NCBI GenBank assembly: GCA_051599415.1
Contig: AP039696.1
Location: 310,001 to 374,000, forward strand
DNA: 64,000 nt
Reading direction: 5' to 3'
From: Savitreella phatthalungensis
Lineage: Eukaryota
Shown here: positions 32,843-44,565 of the stretch, piece by piece
How positions within the stretch are numbered: the first letter of the stretch is position 1
Layout of the letters: each line of letters opens with the position of its first letter
The notes under the pieces: model-generated
Database searches by the model: none
The model's input: the letters and a program-made list of their open reading frames with translations, nothing else
What the model was told of the DNA's origin: nothing
Program-made: the position numbers and the translations under genes

Positions 32843-34460
32843 CCGGACCGCCGGTCAAGTCTGTTCTATGCGGAAGCCAGTTTAAAAAGATGATGGATGA
32901 CGTCCGCTGCGCGCCCTGTTTCTGTAGAGATTGGATGAGATGCGAGAACGAGAGTTCCAAAATTGATGGTTTGATAAAGACCTGTCCACTGAGAGAATGT
33001 GAGCTGCTAGAAAGTCGACTTGCCGGTCAGCAGTGCGATATATTCTGGTCGGAAAGGATAAGAGCGCTCAAAGATGGATCGGCTTGATAGTCGGTAGATG
33101 CCTCACTTCCTGGAACAGCTCGTTGACGAACGTCGCAAAGATTAGCAGACCATACGCGCACAGGTCAATCTTGGGGTCGCTGTCTCTAGAGGCCGTGGAA
33201 ATTGCGAGGACACGACGAAGTCTTGATCTTTGAGACCGGTGGCGATCGATTTTGACAGTCAGCACCTGCGACTATCAGAGCAATCTTCACGCTTGCTGGC
33301 TGACTTTTTGTCGACTGACCATGCAAAGGCATGCTAATTTGAGAGGTGGCTTTTCTGTCGGATGCACGGATAATGGAATGCAACATATTCCTTGAAAGCA
33401 GGCTGTAGTATAGTTCACGTTCATGACCCTCGTCTAGTCTAAACGCTGGTCATGGTCATGCAAGCGGTTGGTCCAATCCACATGCAGGAATAGTACTATC
33501 TTATTGTGGCCAAAGACCAAGTCAGCATGACGCCGGAGTCACAACTTTTGCGGCCGGCAGAAAAGGCAATGAGCGGGTCGGCAGGGGTGGAGGACGAACA
33601 GATAGCATTCACAGGCCGGACACAGACATACAGAACGGACAGAAACAACGCCAGATGGTTGTGATCCAGCAGTCAACGCGAGGAGGAAAGTAGTTTCGTG
33701 GACTCAGACAAGATCAGGACAAGATAGAGTCTATCAGGAGAGTGAAAGAAGATGAGATGAGACAGAAATTACATGCTAGCTACATCATCACTCATCTAGC
33801 TCGCTCATTTGGAAAAGGGTCAATTTAGACTACAGTAGAGACTACATGCAGTATATATACGAATGAGATTCTCTGCAATCTGACTGACTGGCTGTAGACT
33901 CGAAGAATTTGACTCTTTCGCTTGTCTCAGATTCGACTCAAAAGGATCATCCTCTAGACTCACGATCTTGACTCTATACCGATCGATCAAATCAATGATT
34001 TTATCCTATATTCAGCACTTTCAGGATTGAATTAAATTATATTTCGGGAAGGATCGAATTGTGGAACTCTGTCATTCTTTCGAATCAATCGTTCTATTCG
34101 ATGTCTATGTTCTCCGCCGAATTTTGGTGATGTTAGGGGCGCCACTGGAAGTTAGTGCTCCGCCATGCAGAGTCGAATTCAGATTTTAAATCACATTCAA
34201 ATGAAAATCGGCTGGATATACACGGGAGCCGTACCGTACAACGATGATCACGCAGGGTGCATTCGCGCATGTGATTGTTGTGATGGCCAAGCTGTGACAT
34301 GCACGAACCAAGTCCATCATTCACTCCCCCAGAAAAATATCCCTTGCCCAGCTACATGAAGTCTCCAGCTACACATGCATCCTGTCAGATTGTCATACAA
34401 TGCACATCTGCAGCACCAGAAGCAGTTAATGTTTCTTTTTCACGTGATGGACATTGAAAG

Positions 34461-34502
34461 ACGCGTCGAATGCACGATCTTCTCTAATGCACGATCTTCT
34501 CT
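34461..34502. promoter_or_regulatory. MCB-like site plus 17-bp tandem duplication upstream of TOP3
   Basis: ACGCGT 34461-34466; aatgcacgatcttctct twice (34469-34485, 34486-34502). Confidence 0.45.
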
Positions 34503-34631
34503 ATAAGCACATGTGTGAAGATGCCTCTATCGATGGATATGCCTCTATGTCATGCTTACAGATAGGTTAGGAAAGGCGGATCCGATGCTTGTGGATTTCG
34601 AATTGCTGCTCGAACTCCTCTTTTGATTAAG

Positions 34632-36518
34632 ATGCGCGTGCTTTGTGCTGCCGAGAAACCCTCGATCGCGAAAGGTGTGGCAAGCATCTTGGGTGGACAG
34701 CCTTCGAAACGTCCAGGCAAGTCGCAGTACAACCCAAACTACGACTTCACCTTCGATTTTGGCACCAATTCAGGACTAGGCCAGTGTGATGTGACCATGA
34801 CGAGTGTTGCAGGTCATCTGACAGACGTCGAGTTTAACCCTCCCTTCAACGAGTGGAATTCCTGTGCTCCGGCAGAGCTATTTGATAAATCGGTCACTGC
34901 ACTTGTCAAGGACAGCAACAAAGCCATGGAGCGGAACATCGCTACAGAAGCTCGAGCAGCACAATATCTGGTCATATGGACCGATTGTGATCGTGAGGGT
35001 GAACACATCGGCTGGGAGATTCAGAATGTCGCTCTTGTGGCAAATCCACGGATTCGTGTTCTCCGAGCCGTCTTCTCCAATGTCGAGCGTATCCACGTCA
35101 TGGGAGCGGCTCGAAACCTGCGTCCGCTAGATATGCGACAGGTCGATGCCGTTCGAGTGAGACTTGAACTCGACCTCCGCACTGGTGCGGCCTTCACCCG
35201 ATTGCAGACCAGACAGCTTCGAGGTCTCCATGCACTACTTGACAACAAGACTATCTCATATGGCTCGTGCCAGTATCCCACGCTTGGCTTCGTGGTCGAT
35301 CGGTGGCGTAAAGTAACAGACTTCCGACCACAACCCTACTGGTCGATTCTTGTGAAGTGCAAGCACGAAGGTATAGAAGTAAGTCTATCGTGGCGTCGAG
35401 GGACGCTCTTTGACCGACACGCGACCATCTCCCTGTACCAGCTTGTCACCGCGAGAGGCTGTCTCCGGGTGACTAAGTCTACGGACAAGCCAAAAAGCAA
35501 GTGGCGTCCTCTACCGCTGACGACGGTCGAGCTTCAGAGGCAAGGAACACGATTTTTGAGAATGTCCTCCGCCGCAATCATGGCACACGCCGAAAAGCTC
35601 TATCAGCGTGGATTTCTCTCCTACCCGCGTACGGAGACAGATCAGTTCGACCACGGCATAGACCTACGGGCCCTGGTCCGAAAGCAGGAGAGCGATCGAG
35701 ACTGGGGAACATACGTCCGCTTTCTGCTGGACGGTGATCCTGCAAGTGGCCGGCCTGCCGGATTCCGTTCGCCACGACGCGGCACACACAACGACGGCGC
35801 GCATCCGCCGATCCACCCGATCGCTCACGTCACGCGAGATGCATGTGAATCGTACGATCAATGGCAAGTGTACAACTACGTGACGCGTCGTTTCCTAGCC
35901 TGCGTGTCGGATGACGCGAAAGGCCGTTCCGCCGAGGTGGAATTTGCGTGCGCTGGAGAAACGTTTTCCTGCCATGGGCTAGAAGTCCTTGAAAGGAATT
36001 ATCTCGACATTTACCCCTTCGACAAATGGACATCGACTGAGGGAGAGCTGCCGAGCTTTGTCGTCGGCCAGTCCATCCCGATGTCATCATGCCTGATGAA
36101 CGAAGGTCGAACAACACCACCTAGCTTCCTCACCGAACCGGAACTTATCGCGCTCATGAACGCGAACGGAATTGGAACAGACGCGACCATGGCGGATCAC
36201 ATTGACAAGATTCAGGTGCGGGAGTATGTGTCGAAGATTTGTATGGGTGGGGGTGGGAGCTCTGGTCAAGCGATGTTTGCACCGACGCGTTTAGGTATTG
36301 CGCTTGTGACTGGGTTCGAGCAGATGGGCTTTGATGAATCCCTCACTAAACCACACCTTCGCAAGGCGACTGAGCACCAGCTCGCACTCATTCACGCCGG
36401 TGAAGCCGATCGCCAGACTGTCCTGGAGAACCTGATCGCCGACTGGCGAATGGCATACATACGCGCCGAGGGACAGATCTCCAAACTGAAAGAGGCAGTC
36501 CGTGCAGAATTCGCATGA
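34632..36518 (+). CDS. TOP3: DNA topoisomerase III (type IA), 628 aa
   Basis: VLCAAEKPSIAK, TSVAGHL, WTDCDREGEHIG, ISYGSCQYPTLGFVV, catalytic SYPRTETD, GIGTDATM. Confidence 0.97.
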   Translation: MRVLCAAEKPSIAKGVASILGGQPSKRPGKSQYNPNYDFTFDFGTNSGLGQCDVTMTSVAGHLTDVEFNPPFNEWNSCAPAELFDKSVTALVKDSNKAMERNIATEARAAQYLVIWTDCDREGEHIGWEIQNVALVANPRIRVLRAVFSNVERIHVMGAARNLRPLDMRQVDAVRVRLELDLRTGAAFTRLQTRQLRGLHALLDNKTISYGSCQYPTLGFVVDRWRKVTDFRPQPYWSILVKCKHEGIEVSLSWRRGTLFDRHATISLYQLVTARGCLRVTKSTDKPKSKWRPLPLTTVELQRQGTRFLRMSSAAIMAHAEKLYQRGFLSYPRTETDQFDHGIDLRALVRKQESDRDWGTYVRFLLDGDPASGRPAGFRSPRRGTHNDGAHPPIHPIAHVTRDACESYDQWQVYNYVTRRFLACVSDDAKGRSAEVEFACAGETFSCHGLEVLERNYLDIYPFDKWTSTEGELPSFVVGQSIPMSSCLMNEGRTTPPSFLTEPELIALMNANGIGTDATMADHIDKIQVREYVSKICMGGGGSSGQAMFAPTRLGIALVTGFEQMGFDESLTKPHLRKATEHQLALIHAGEADRQTVLENLIADWRMAYIRAEGQISKLKEAVRAEFA

Positions 36519-36590
36519 CATTGGCTCAACATTGCCATCATAGCGTATAATGTCTGCTGCGTTGACAAGTGGTTAGGGTTAGGAAATTCT

Positions 36591-38078
36591 TCAGTACGGA
36601 CGGCCTTGTGGCGGTGGCGGACGTGAAGCTCGCGGATCCACACTGGCTCCTGGAGGCGGCGGTGGGGGAGGCAGCTGCTGAGCGTAGCCAGGCGGACCGC
36701 CTGGCGGGCCGTATCCACCGGGAGGTGCAGGTGGCATGCCGGCCAGTGATGAGGTCATTCCAGGCGGTGGCGGTGGCGGATACCCTGCGCCGGACGCGCC
36801 TGGTGGTGGAGGATATGGCATGGACGCCATCGATCCGGAAGGTGGGGGTGGCAGCCTTGAGTCTTGCGACGATTGTTGTGGCGGGAGCTGCTGTCCACGC
36901 GACGTCGAGTCCCATGGTCGATCGCTGCCTTCGATCCGCTTCGGTCGTTCCCAGGGCGCGCTTGCCTCCTGCGATGGGCCCGGCCGACCGCCAAGGTCGT
37001 TCATGACTGACTGGTACTCGAGATCGCGGCGTTGCATGCCCGGCGGCGCACCGAGTGGTGCGTTGTTGGCTCCTGAACCTGCCCGACAATCGCGCGCCAT
37101 ATGACCAGCGCCGCCGCACTTGTGGCAGATGATCGCGCTCGCCTGGAACACGGGTTTGTTCGGACATGCGTACTTTCGATGACCGAGTTGGCCGCAGTTC
37201 TGGCAAATTTGGTTCTCGTCGTCGCGCAAGGTACCATTGAGAATGGCGAGATCACGAAGTTGCTTCCTTTTATGCTCGTTCTGAGCTTCGGGAGTGGACG
37301 CAGCTGTTGTAATCACTTCCTCAATCAGCTTAATAGCGTGATTGACCTTCTCTTCCGTATCCGCCTGAACGACACAATGTAAGTCATCGTCTAAGTTCTC
37401 ATTAGCTCCGCGAGGCAGATCGGCACGGCCTTTACCTTCTTTGACTGAGCCCTTGCCACGAATCGCGATCTTCGCGCCTGACTTCTGCTCCATGGTCTTC
37501 AGCGTGTTTCCACGTGGACCGATCAGCAGGCCGATGAAGTTCACTTCCGGATAGTCATTTACAGGCACATAGATCTTGTCTTGTGTCTTTGCAGGCCGTC
37601 TGTAATCCGCCGGCGGCTTGTAGTCCGGGATCGTCTTGAGCGCACGCTCGACCAGCTTGTGTCGCTCTTCCTCGAGCTTCTTGCGGTAACGTGCATCAGC
37701 CGTGTTTGTCCGTTTGCCGTAGTTGTCGTACACAGGCGGAGGAGATGGTGAGCGCAAACGCTCAGGCGGAAGCACATCGCCGATCCGCAGCTTATGCGAG
37801 ATATCTTCCAAACGAATGTGCAAGGCATAAGCCTCGAGCTGCTCTATTGTCATGCATGCTCGTATCGCGGTCGTCATTCCTGCAGCCGCATCGGTGGGCG
37901 ATGCATCGTCCCATCTGTTGCGACGCTTCTTCGGGGCCTGTCGACCGTAATCACTGGGCGGGGGAGGACGTGTATCATTCCCATACCCTCCACTGCGTGG
38001 ACCACCAGGAGCCTCTCCTGCAAGCCTGTTACGACCAAGGGGGATATTGTTGGTGCCTGTCTGAGAAAGGCGACTCAT
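36591..38078 (-). CDS. MSL5: Branchpoint-binding protein / splicing factor 1 (KH-QUA2, two CCHC knuckles, Pro-rich tail)
   Basis: KKRRNRW, RSPSPPPVYD, NFIGLLIGPRGNTLK, IRGKGSVKEGK, LNGTLRDDE, CQNCGQLGHRKYAC, CHKCGGAGHMARDC. Confidence 0.96.
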   Translation of the reverse strand: MSRLSQTGTNNIPLGRNRLAGEAPGGPRSGGYGNDTRPPPPSDYGRQAPKKRRNRWDDASPTDAAAGMTTAIRACMTIEQLEAYALHIRLEDISHKLRIGDVLPPERLRSPSPPPVYDNYGKRTNTADARYRKKLEEERHKLVERALKTIPDYKPPADYRRPAKTQDKIYVPVNDYPEVNFIGLLIGPRGNTLKTMEQKSGAKIAIRGKGSVKEGKGRADLPRGANENLDDDLHCVVQADTEEKVNHAIKLIEEVITTAASTPEAQNEHKRKQLRDLAILNGTLRDDENQICQNCGQLGHRKYACPNKPVFQASAIICHKCGGAGHMARDCRAGSGANNAPLGAPPGMQRRDLEYQSVMNDLGGRPGPSQEASAPWERPKRIEGSDRPWDSTSRGQQLPPQQSSQDSRLPPPPSGSMASMPYPPPPGASGAGYPPPPPPGMTSSLAGMPPAPPGGYGPPGGPPGYAQQLPPPPPPPGASVDPRASRPPPPQGRPY

Positions 38079-38550
38079 GTCGAGAGAACCAACAACTGGT
38101 GATACCGTCAACAGCCCAGAAGACCTTTCAAAAGGGACGTGACGGGTCTCGAAGCGACAGATGGCGCCAGACAGCCGTGAACTTTAGCTGTTGGCGTTGT
38201 CGCGCGACTCGTTTGTCGTGCTTGGGGGCGTGTGCGCGGAGGCATATATGTGCATCCGTGCATGTTGGTAGATGTCAGGTTGGCGCTTGGGCGATGGATG
38301 CATGATCATGATCGATTGAAGATTTCCGAACAATCAATTGATCGAATTCAAGTCACGTGAAAATGAAGTAAGAAAGTGGATGAGCAAATCGACGTCAGCC
38401 TAAGAACCCTGATCAGCGTTACAGCCAACCTACCAGCCTGCAGACGCTTTCCTGGACATCGACAAGCTATACCTTTGCTGGTCAACAAGATCTTCTCAGA
38501 GTAGTATCAATTCACAGAGTTGAGGGGATTTATCTCTATCGAACGACGAA

Positions 38551-38794
38551 ATGCCGGTCAACCAGACAAAGCTTGCAGACTATGCACAGCGCCTGGTGTC
38601 TGGCGCACTTTTTGGCCTGACCATCTATGGCACAGTCAACATGGGTTTGCTGTTCCACGGACGCAGAGAACGACTGCGAGCTATTGAACAGGAGATGCGC
38701 GAGAGAGGGTGAGTTATTTGACCCAAGAGCGATCGAGCTTCCAACCCAATACTGACCATATAACAGAGAGCTTCCAGGGCTTGAAAAGCGGTGA
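38551..38794 (+). CDS. COX14: COX14-like cytochrome c oxidase assembly factor, 61 aa (spliced; not in ORF track)
   Basis: Exons 38551-38708 and 38767-38794; 58-nt intron GTGAGT..CTGAC..ACAG. Product MPVNQTKLADYAQRLVSGALFGLTIYGTVNMGLLFHGRRERLRAIEQEMRERGELPGLEKR: LAD..single TM..LTIYG pattern of Cox14. Confidence 0.7.
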
Positions 38795-39225
38795 TTCCGC
38801 CAACATGAGACGGCGCCACGGTCTGATCATCGATGAGCGCTTCAGCGCGGACAAACTGCCACAAAATACCGAGAGCAACCTACGAGCTTTTGACCTCGAA
38901 GTATAGTATCACTACTGGAATGTCGCCAGCCGCCAATGGCAAGCTGGAAATTGAAGCAAACAAGCTAGGAGAATTTGACCTTGGGACTGAGCAGACTGGC
39001 AGCAGTCGTCATTGCTGGGACGCGGCCTTACTTGTTCTCATTATCCTTTGTCTGAAGCTCTTGCCCGGCTGCATGCCATAGAGTAGAGACGCTTTCTGCA
39101 TTTAACGATCCTGTAAACTACATTCACACTGCAAGCTGTATTGGTATATGCGTGATCGAATGCATCCATCATGACAATCTCATTCGTTTCCCAATTTGTG
39201 ACCGTTGCATCGATTATTGTCAAAT

Positions 39226-39309
39226 ACGCGTGTGCGCGTGTGGTGAACAAATGCATCCTTATAGACGCGACCACCTGACACCTTGAGCCTTCAATCGAGC
39301 GTCTCGCGT
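39226..39309. promoter_or_regulatory. MCB-like cluster upstream of RFC2
   Basis: ACGCGT 39226-39231, GCGCGT 39234-39239, ACGCGA 39265-39270, TCGCGT 39304-39309. Confidence 0.55.
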
Positions 39310-39330
39310 TCTCAGCACAGCGAAGGCAGT

Positions 39331-40476
39331 ATGTTTCGGAAGAAGAATGGTGGCGAGAAAGGTGGCAGTGGTGTTCAGCCGAGTGCTCCTGAATCCGCAA
39401 TCTGGGTGGAGAAGTACAGGCCAAAATCTCTTGACCAGGTTGCTTCCCAGGAGCACACGGTACAGGTATTAAAGAAGACACTCGCTCACGCAAACATGCC
39501 ACACATGCTCTTCTACGGACCTCCGGGCACGGGCAAGACGTCGACAATTCTAGCACTTGCAAAGGACCTCTTTGGGCCTGAGATGGTCAAGTCGCGTGTG
39601 CTTGAGCTGAACGCTTCTGATGAGCGTGGCATCTCGATCGTGCGTGAGAAGGTGAAGAACTTTGCGAAGGCGACGGTGACGGCAGATCGGACTGGCGGGG
39701 AGTATCCTTGCCCGGCCTACAAGATCATCGTGCTGGACGAGGCTGACTCGATGACGCAGGACGCGCAGGCGGCATTGCGACGCACCATGGAGACGTACTC
39801 CCGCATCACCCGGTTCTGCCTCGTCTGCAACTACGTCACGCGCATCATCGAGCCCCTCGCGTCCAGGTGCTCCAAGTTCAGATTCAAGCCGCTCGATCAG
39901 AATGACACCGCCGCCCGCCTCACCCACATCGCCAGGGAGGAAAGCCTGACGATGGAGGATGGGGCTGTAGAGGAGCTGGTGAGGTGCTCGGAAGGTGATT
40001 TGAGACGAGCGATCACGTACCTCCAGTCTGCTGCCAGACTCGTCGGTGGTCACGCCGGCAGACTGACGACGACTGCAGGTGACGGTGACGGCGAGGATGC
40101 GGAGATGCTGGATGTCGACGGCGACGCGGTCAGGCAGTCGACCACCATCACAAAGGCCTCCATCATCGCCATCGCAGGCCTGATCGACCCGACCGTTATC
40201 ACCACGCTCTTTGACGTCTGCATCGACCGGGACAGGTTGAAGTTCCAGCAGGTGGATGGGGCCGTGCGGTCGCTTGTGAGGGAGGGATACTCTGCAGGGC
40301 AGATTCTGTCGCAGTTGCACGACACCGTCGTCTCCTCTGAGGAAGTCGACCCGAAGTCCAAGAACGCAATCCTCCTCCTCTTCTCTGAGGCTGACAAAAA
40401 GCTCAACGACGGCGCATCCGAACACCTCCAGTTGTTCAACCTCGTGTGCGGCGTTCGCACCATCCTCGCACACTGA
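39331..40476 (+). CDS. RFC2: Replication factor C small subunit (yeast Rfc2 / human RFC4), 381 aa
   Basis: [69 protein letters not shown] motif. Confidence 0.96.
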   Translation: MFRKKNGGEKGGSGVQPSAPESAIWVEKYRPKSLDQVASQEHTVQVLKKTLAHANMPHMLFYGPPGTGKTSTILALAKDLFGPEMVKSRVLELNASDERGISIVREKVKNFAKATVTADRTGGEYPCPAYKIIVLDEADSMTQDAQAALRRTMETYSRITRFCLVCNYVTRIIEPLASRCSKFRFKPLDQNDTAARLTHIAREESLTMEDGAVEELVRCSEGDLRRAITYLQSAARLVGGHAGRLTTTAGDGDGEDAEMLDVDGDAVRQSTTITKASIIAIAGLIDPTVITTLFDVCIDRDRLKFQQVDGAVRSLVREGYSAGQILSQLHDTVVSSEEVDPKSKNAILLLFSEADKKLNDGASEHLQLFNLVCGVRTILAH

Positions 40477-40620
40477 GGCACATCGTACACCACCACGCTG
40501 TTCTTGGTGGCAATAGAAGCTTTCATAAAGGTATAATGAATTGATGACTGATAACATTTCTTATTTCTCTGCATTTGGACTGTACGTAAACGTGCTCCTG
40601 ATCCGGGTCAGAAGAGGACC

Positions 40621-41781
40621 CTAGGCCTTTGTCTTGCGGGAGATGTCGACACGGGGAGCGAGTTTGCGGACTGCGGCGACGAGTGTGTCATCAGCGTCGA
40701 GTTGAGCGACCTCATCTCCGCCTCCGAGACTCTGACCTTTCACGATCAGGTTAGGCACCGTCCTACGGCCCGTCAGAGCCTCCAGGGCCTCTTGCGTCTG
40801 AGATCCGTGCGATTCCCGATCGAGTTCGTACACGACCGGTCTCGGTGAGACGTCGTAGAGTTCAAGGATCCGCTTAGCGCGGGCGGAGTGTGGGCAGAAG
40901 GTCTTTGAGAAAAGGACGACATCGTACTGTTTAAGTAAGGACTTCAGGTGTCCTTTAGCATCGAATGCCGCATCGTCGGCGGTAGAGCTGCCTTCTTTTG
41001 GTTGTTTCCCTCCGTTCTTCCCAGCTGCAGCAATGGCGCCGGCATTTGCTGCCGCGCTGCCACCCCGGATCGCCTTATCAGAAGTCTCTACGAGCTTGGC
41101 GTCGTTGCTATCGTCCTTGCCCGCAGCCGTGATATCCTGAGGTGCGCCATCCTTGTTGGGCATACGGGTTGGCGATGGCGGTGTGACCTGCTTGCCAGGC
41201 CCGTCTGCAGGGGAACCTGCTTTGCCGCCTGCGACTGCTGCTGCCGCAAGCTCTGCAGGAGAAGCAGGCTTTCCTCCGGCTTTCTGGGTCCCAGGCTTAG
41301 CTGCCTTCCCACTGTCGAGGCGCTGTTTTTGTCGCGCTGCCTCACGGTCGCTCGCAAGCTCTTCTACTCTGCTCTTGCCTCTGTGTTGTGTTTTTGGTGT
41401 CCGCGCATCTCCAGGACCAGGTGCTCCTGCTGGAGTGTCGTGAACCCGCTTCTTCTCCTCATCAAGCTGCTTCAGTGAACTGCCTGCTTCCTCTCCAGCC
41501 GCCTGCTTCTTCAGCTCGTGTACCATGGCGTGGGTCTGTCGGTCAACGCCTGAGGCAGCCTTTGGCTCTCTGCTCGGCGGCGCCTTCTTCGGTGGGTGTA
41601 TGAAGGAGTTTCCTTTAGCCGACAGATCTGACATCCCGCCGGATGACGAGAAAACGTAAACAAAGACAAGAAGAACGCAGACGGCAGTGACGTAGAAGAC
41701 GCGTCGACCGTTGAGTGCATGCCGTACAGTGCCCTTGTTCGACCGCGGACGGAATTTCTCGTGCTTGAGGTCACCCGCCAT
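40621..41781 (-). CDS. Membrane-anchored monothiol glutaredoxin (Grx6/Grx7-like, secretory pathway)
   Basis: N-terminal RR + hydrophobic anchor (VFYVTAVCVLLVFVYVF), long low-complexity stalk, C-terminal FSKTFCPHS..TGRRTVPN..LGGGDE. Confidence 0.88.
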   Translation of the reverse strand: MAGDLKHEKFRPRSNKGTVRHALNGRRVFYVTAVCVLLVFVYVFSSSGGMSDLSAKGNSFIHPPKKAPPSREPKAASGVDRQTHAMVHELKKQAAGEEAGSSLKQLDEEKKRVHDTPAGAPGPGDARTPKTQHRGKSRVEELASDREAARQKQRLDSGKAAKPGTQKAGGKPASPAELAAAAVAGGKAGSPADGPGKQVTPPSPTRMPNKDGAPQDITAAGKDDSNDAKLVETSDKAIRGGSAAANAGAIAAAGKNGGKQPKEGSSTADDAAFDAKGHLKSLLKQYDVVLFSKTFCPHSARAKRILELYDVSPRPVVYELDRESHGSQTQEALEALTGRRTVPNLIVKGQSLGGGDEVAQLDADDTLVAAVRKLAPRVDISRKTKA

Positions 41782-42208
41782 CGAGTCGAATTGGACTTAA
41801 GTGAACAGAAGAATACGAAGAAGAGGTTTAGGGCGCTAGAGTAGCTTGGGTTCCGCGTGTAATCGATCTAGACACGCGATGTGTCGTTAGAGTAGGTGAG
41901 CAACCTCAGCGTTGGGACGCGGAAGCCAAACCTGTGTATGATATGCGCGTGCTGCTAACTAGACTAGATAGTGTTTCACCATCAAGTCCGTGTCTCCTGC
42001 GCGCGCTCGGGCTTGGTACCAATTCCCTGGATTATACTCAAGGTGTAAAGAAAAAGTGTGGGTTTGTAGAGTATATTGAATGTACGCGTAGTCTACACCG
42101 AGTTGCTTTTGGTCGTATGGTACTCGTATCTGTGCTTTGTGGTTCGAATGTGGAGTTCAGCCAAGTAGATCACCTGAGGCTACCTGTCTGTCTGGTGTGC
42201 TCGGGTGA

Positions 42209-42259
42209 CAGTCAGTCAGTCAGTCAGTCTGTCTGTCTATCTCCCCATCTCTCTCTCTC
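42209..42259. repeat. (CAGT)5(CTGT)2 and (CT)n microsatellite
   Basis: Direct reading. Confidence 0.9.
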
Positions 42260-42841
42260 ACACAGAAACACTGTGTGATTGTGCATTTGTAGCGCTTGGA
42301 GATGAATGGGAAAGAAGAAGTGTAGGCGCAGGAGAGACCCATACAAGGATGCACGCGCTGAAATTTGAAGCTGAAGATTTCTGTTTTTGACCGTGATTAG
42401 ACTTCAACAATAAATGGATAAATCTCCTGCCGTTGTAGCCCATGTATATTTAAATGATTGATGCGGTAAATTTACCTACAGTATATATCTAGCTATGGTC
42501 ACTTCATTTTAGGTACCCAAGTGACGGGAAATTCAAATTCGAGTCCAAATTTGTTATATGCATAGGGGAGAGCACACATGCCATATAGTCGATTTGACAC
42601 CCATCTCCCAACCAAGAACATTCAATCGATCTTGTACGGCATAGTCAATTGATGGCCAGATCCTCGCGAGAGTGACATAAGCTACTGACTGCCTGTATCA
42701 ACTCAATCCTATTCGCAGCGTTCATTGTTTCTTTCTTGTCGTTCATCGTTCATTAGCCGCTGTTAGTCGAGTGCCATCCATACAGATCGACTCTTGTCTG
42801 TGGCAATCGACCTGCTCTTCCTCTCGCCTTTTTCACACTAT

Positions 42842-44565
42842 TCACAACCGCTTCCAGGTCACTATGCCAGCGCCAATGGCAAACATCCCGCCAACTGCCA
42901 TCACCACAGAGATCGAATTGCCATGAACCATACTCTGAGCTCCCTCATCCCCGCGTAACGACCCATCTCCTTTGCTTTCCATCAGCCTGAAGATGACTGA
43001 CGAGATGAAGGTGATGATGAATTGCGGGACGCAGATAGCAATGTTGTGAATTCCAAGAATCGAGCCTGCCTCGTCGTGTTGTCCTGGCGCTGCAGTTCCC
43101 GACATTGAAGACGTCAAGGGAGCGGCCGAGGAGTAGCTGACATCCACATCATCTTCTTCGTCTGCATGGGACGTGATGCTCGAATTAGCACGGTCTCGGC
43201 TACCAGGACGCAGCACCTCATAGCGTGCCACCGTGGGAGATCCAGACGTTGGTAGGTTGGAGTTTCGTCGGAGCCTTGCACTAGAAGACCGAGCAATTTC
43301 CTCTCCAATGAGGGAGAACGGCGCCCAATTTGTCAACGCCCATGAAAACCCACAAAGAGCAACAACGACATACGCCTGCCAGAGCTGTCCGACAAGCGGC
43401 GCAGAAATGCATGCTGCGGCAAACACGAAATGTCCAACTGCCCAAAGCTGCGATAGTGTGAGCCCTGTGCTCGCAGATGGTGCGCGTGTGAGTTTTGGTA
43501 GGATGATGGTACTGGTGACCGTCATGCAGCTGAAGATCAGTAGACCAAGAGATCCCAGACGCGAGCGCGTGTCCGTATCCAGCTGCTCGCCAGACGCTTG
43601 CGAGCTCACTTCACCAATCCAAGTGCTCGAGTAGAACAGAAATGGGAACCAGCCATGCCATGCCAAGACCTGCACCAGACAGATCGTGCGAATGCGAACA
43701 GGCATTGTCTGCATGGTCCGCCACACGCTCCGTCCAATTGCAAACAGATTGTTGGAGGACTTTGAAGGAATAGAGACGAGCCGCCGCTCTTCGACGGCCC
43801 AGCATGTCAATCCCATGCCGACACATGCCAGCAGGGCTGAGAGGAAGAGCACAATCTTGAATTGGGAGTCGCCGAGAAAGCCAAGAACCGGTTTGAGATG
43901 GATGTATCCGAGCGCGTATCCAGAGAGATGGCAGATGGCGATGACACGAGAAGCGTATGCTTGACCTGCCTCTTGTCGGTCGGCTGGCAGACTGTCGACG
44001 ACGAGGCAGCGACAAGTCGCGCCTGCCGCATTGAGAGCGACGTCGAGGACAAAGACGGACACGACGACAGAGGCAATTGTCAGCTGATACGCCACAGTCT
44101 CGGAGAACCAGCTGTAGAAGATGTCGTGTGACCATCCGACTGTCAGGAGGGCAAGCGCTGTGAAAGCTGCGCTGAAGATCATGAAAGGTCGACGTCGTCC
44201 TGCCAAGTCAGAGTCATTGCTCGTAATACCGCTTGGAGAGGAAAAGGCGTACCAAGTGGTGACTTGCAAGTGTCGGACAGCGCGCCGAAGAGTGGTTGAC
44301 CAATCAGGCCTGAGATAGGACCTGCCAGCCAAACTAGAGAGATAGCTGCCTTAGACATGCCAATGGAGATCATGTAGTTCATGAAGAAGACTTGTTCGGC
44401 CGACCAAGCGCTGTCAGAGTACGTGTCAGTCTTGATGTGTGAAGCCTTGGACAGAGAACGAGCTTACAATTGAAGTCCGCCGAGGGACAAGGAGAGGAGA
44501 ATTAGCCTGAGAGGCTCTGTCTTGCCACGAATGCCTGCGCGTCCGGCATAGCTGTACTCACGCAT
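42842..44565 (-). CDS. GPH-family sucrose/alpha-glucoside:H+ symporter (SUT1/SLC45-like MFS), 537 aa (spliced)
   Basis: Exons 44565-44468, 44410-44253, 44199-42842 give GGLQFAWSAEQ..LVWLAGPISGLIGQPLFGALSD..PLGRRRPF; also WHGWFPFLFYSSTWIGE, WAPFSLIG, LGIHNIAICVPQF. Confidence 0.92.

Noticed and set aside
33030..33760. Small ORFs in the PAS-kinase/TOP3 divergent intergenic region
   Set aside because: Short, with no motifs or splice support; likely promoter or UTR sequence.
36571..36583. GGTTAGGGTTAGG telomere-like sequence between TOP3 and MSL5
   Set aside because: Only about two units; expected by chance and not an array.
39550..40574. 335-aa and 174-aa minus-strand ORFs
   Set aside because: Antisense shadows of the GC-rich RFC2 CDS. 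The same applies to most short ORFs nested in or opposite the called genes.
42100..42165. GGTTCGAAT T-loop-like motif suggesting a tRNA
   Set aside because: No T-stem, acceptor stem or D-arm pairing around it.
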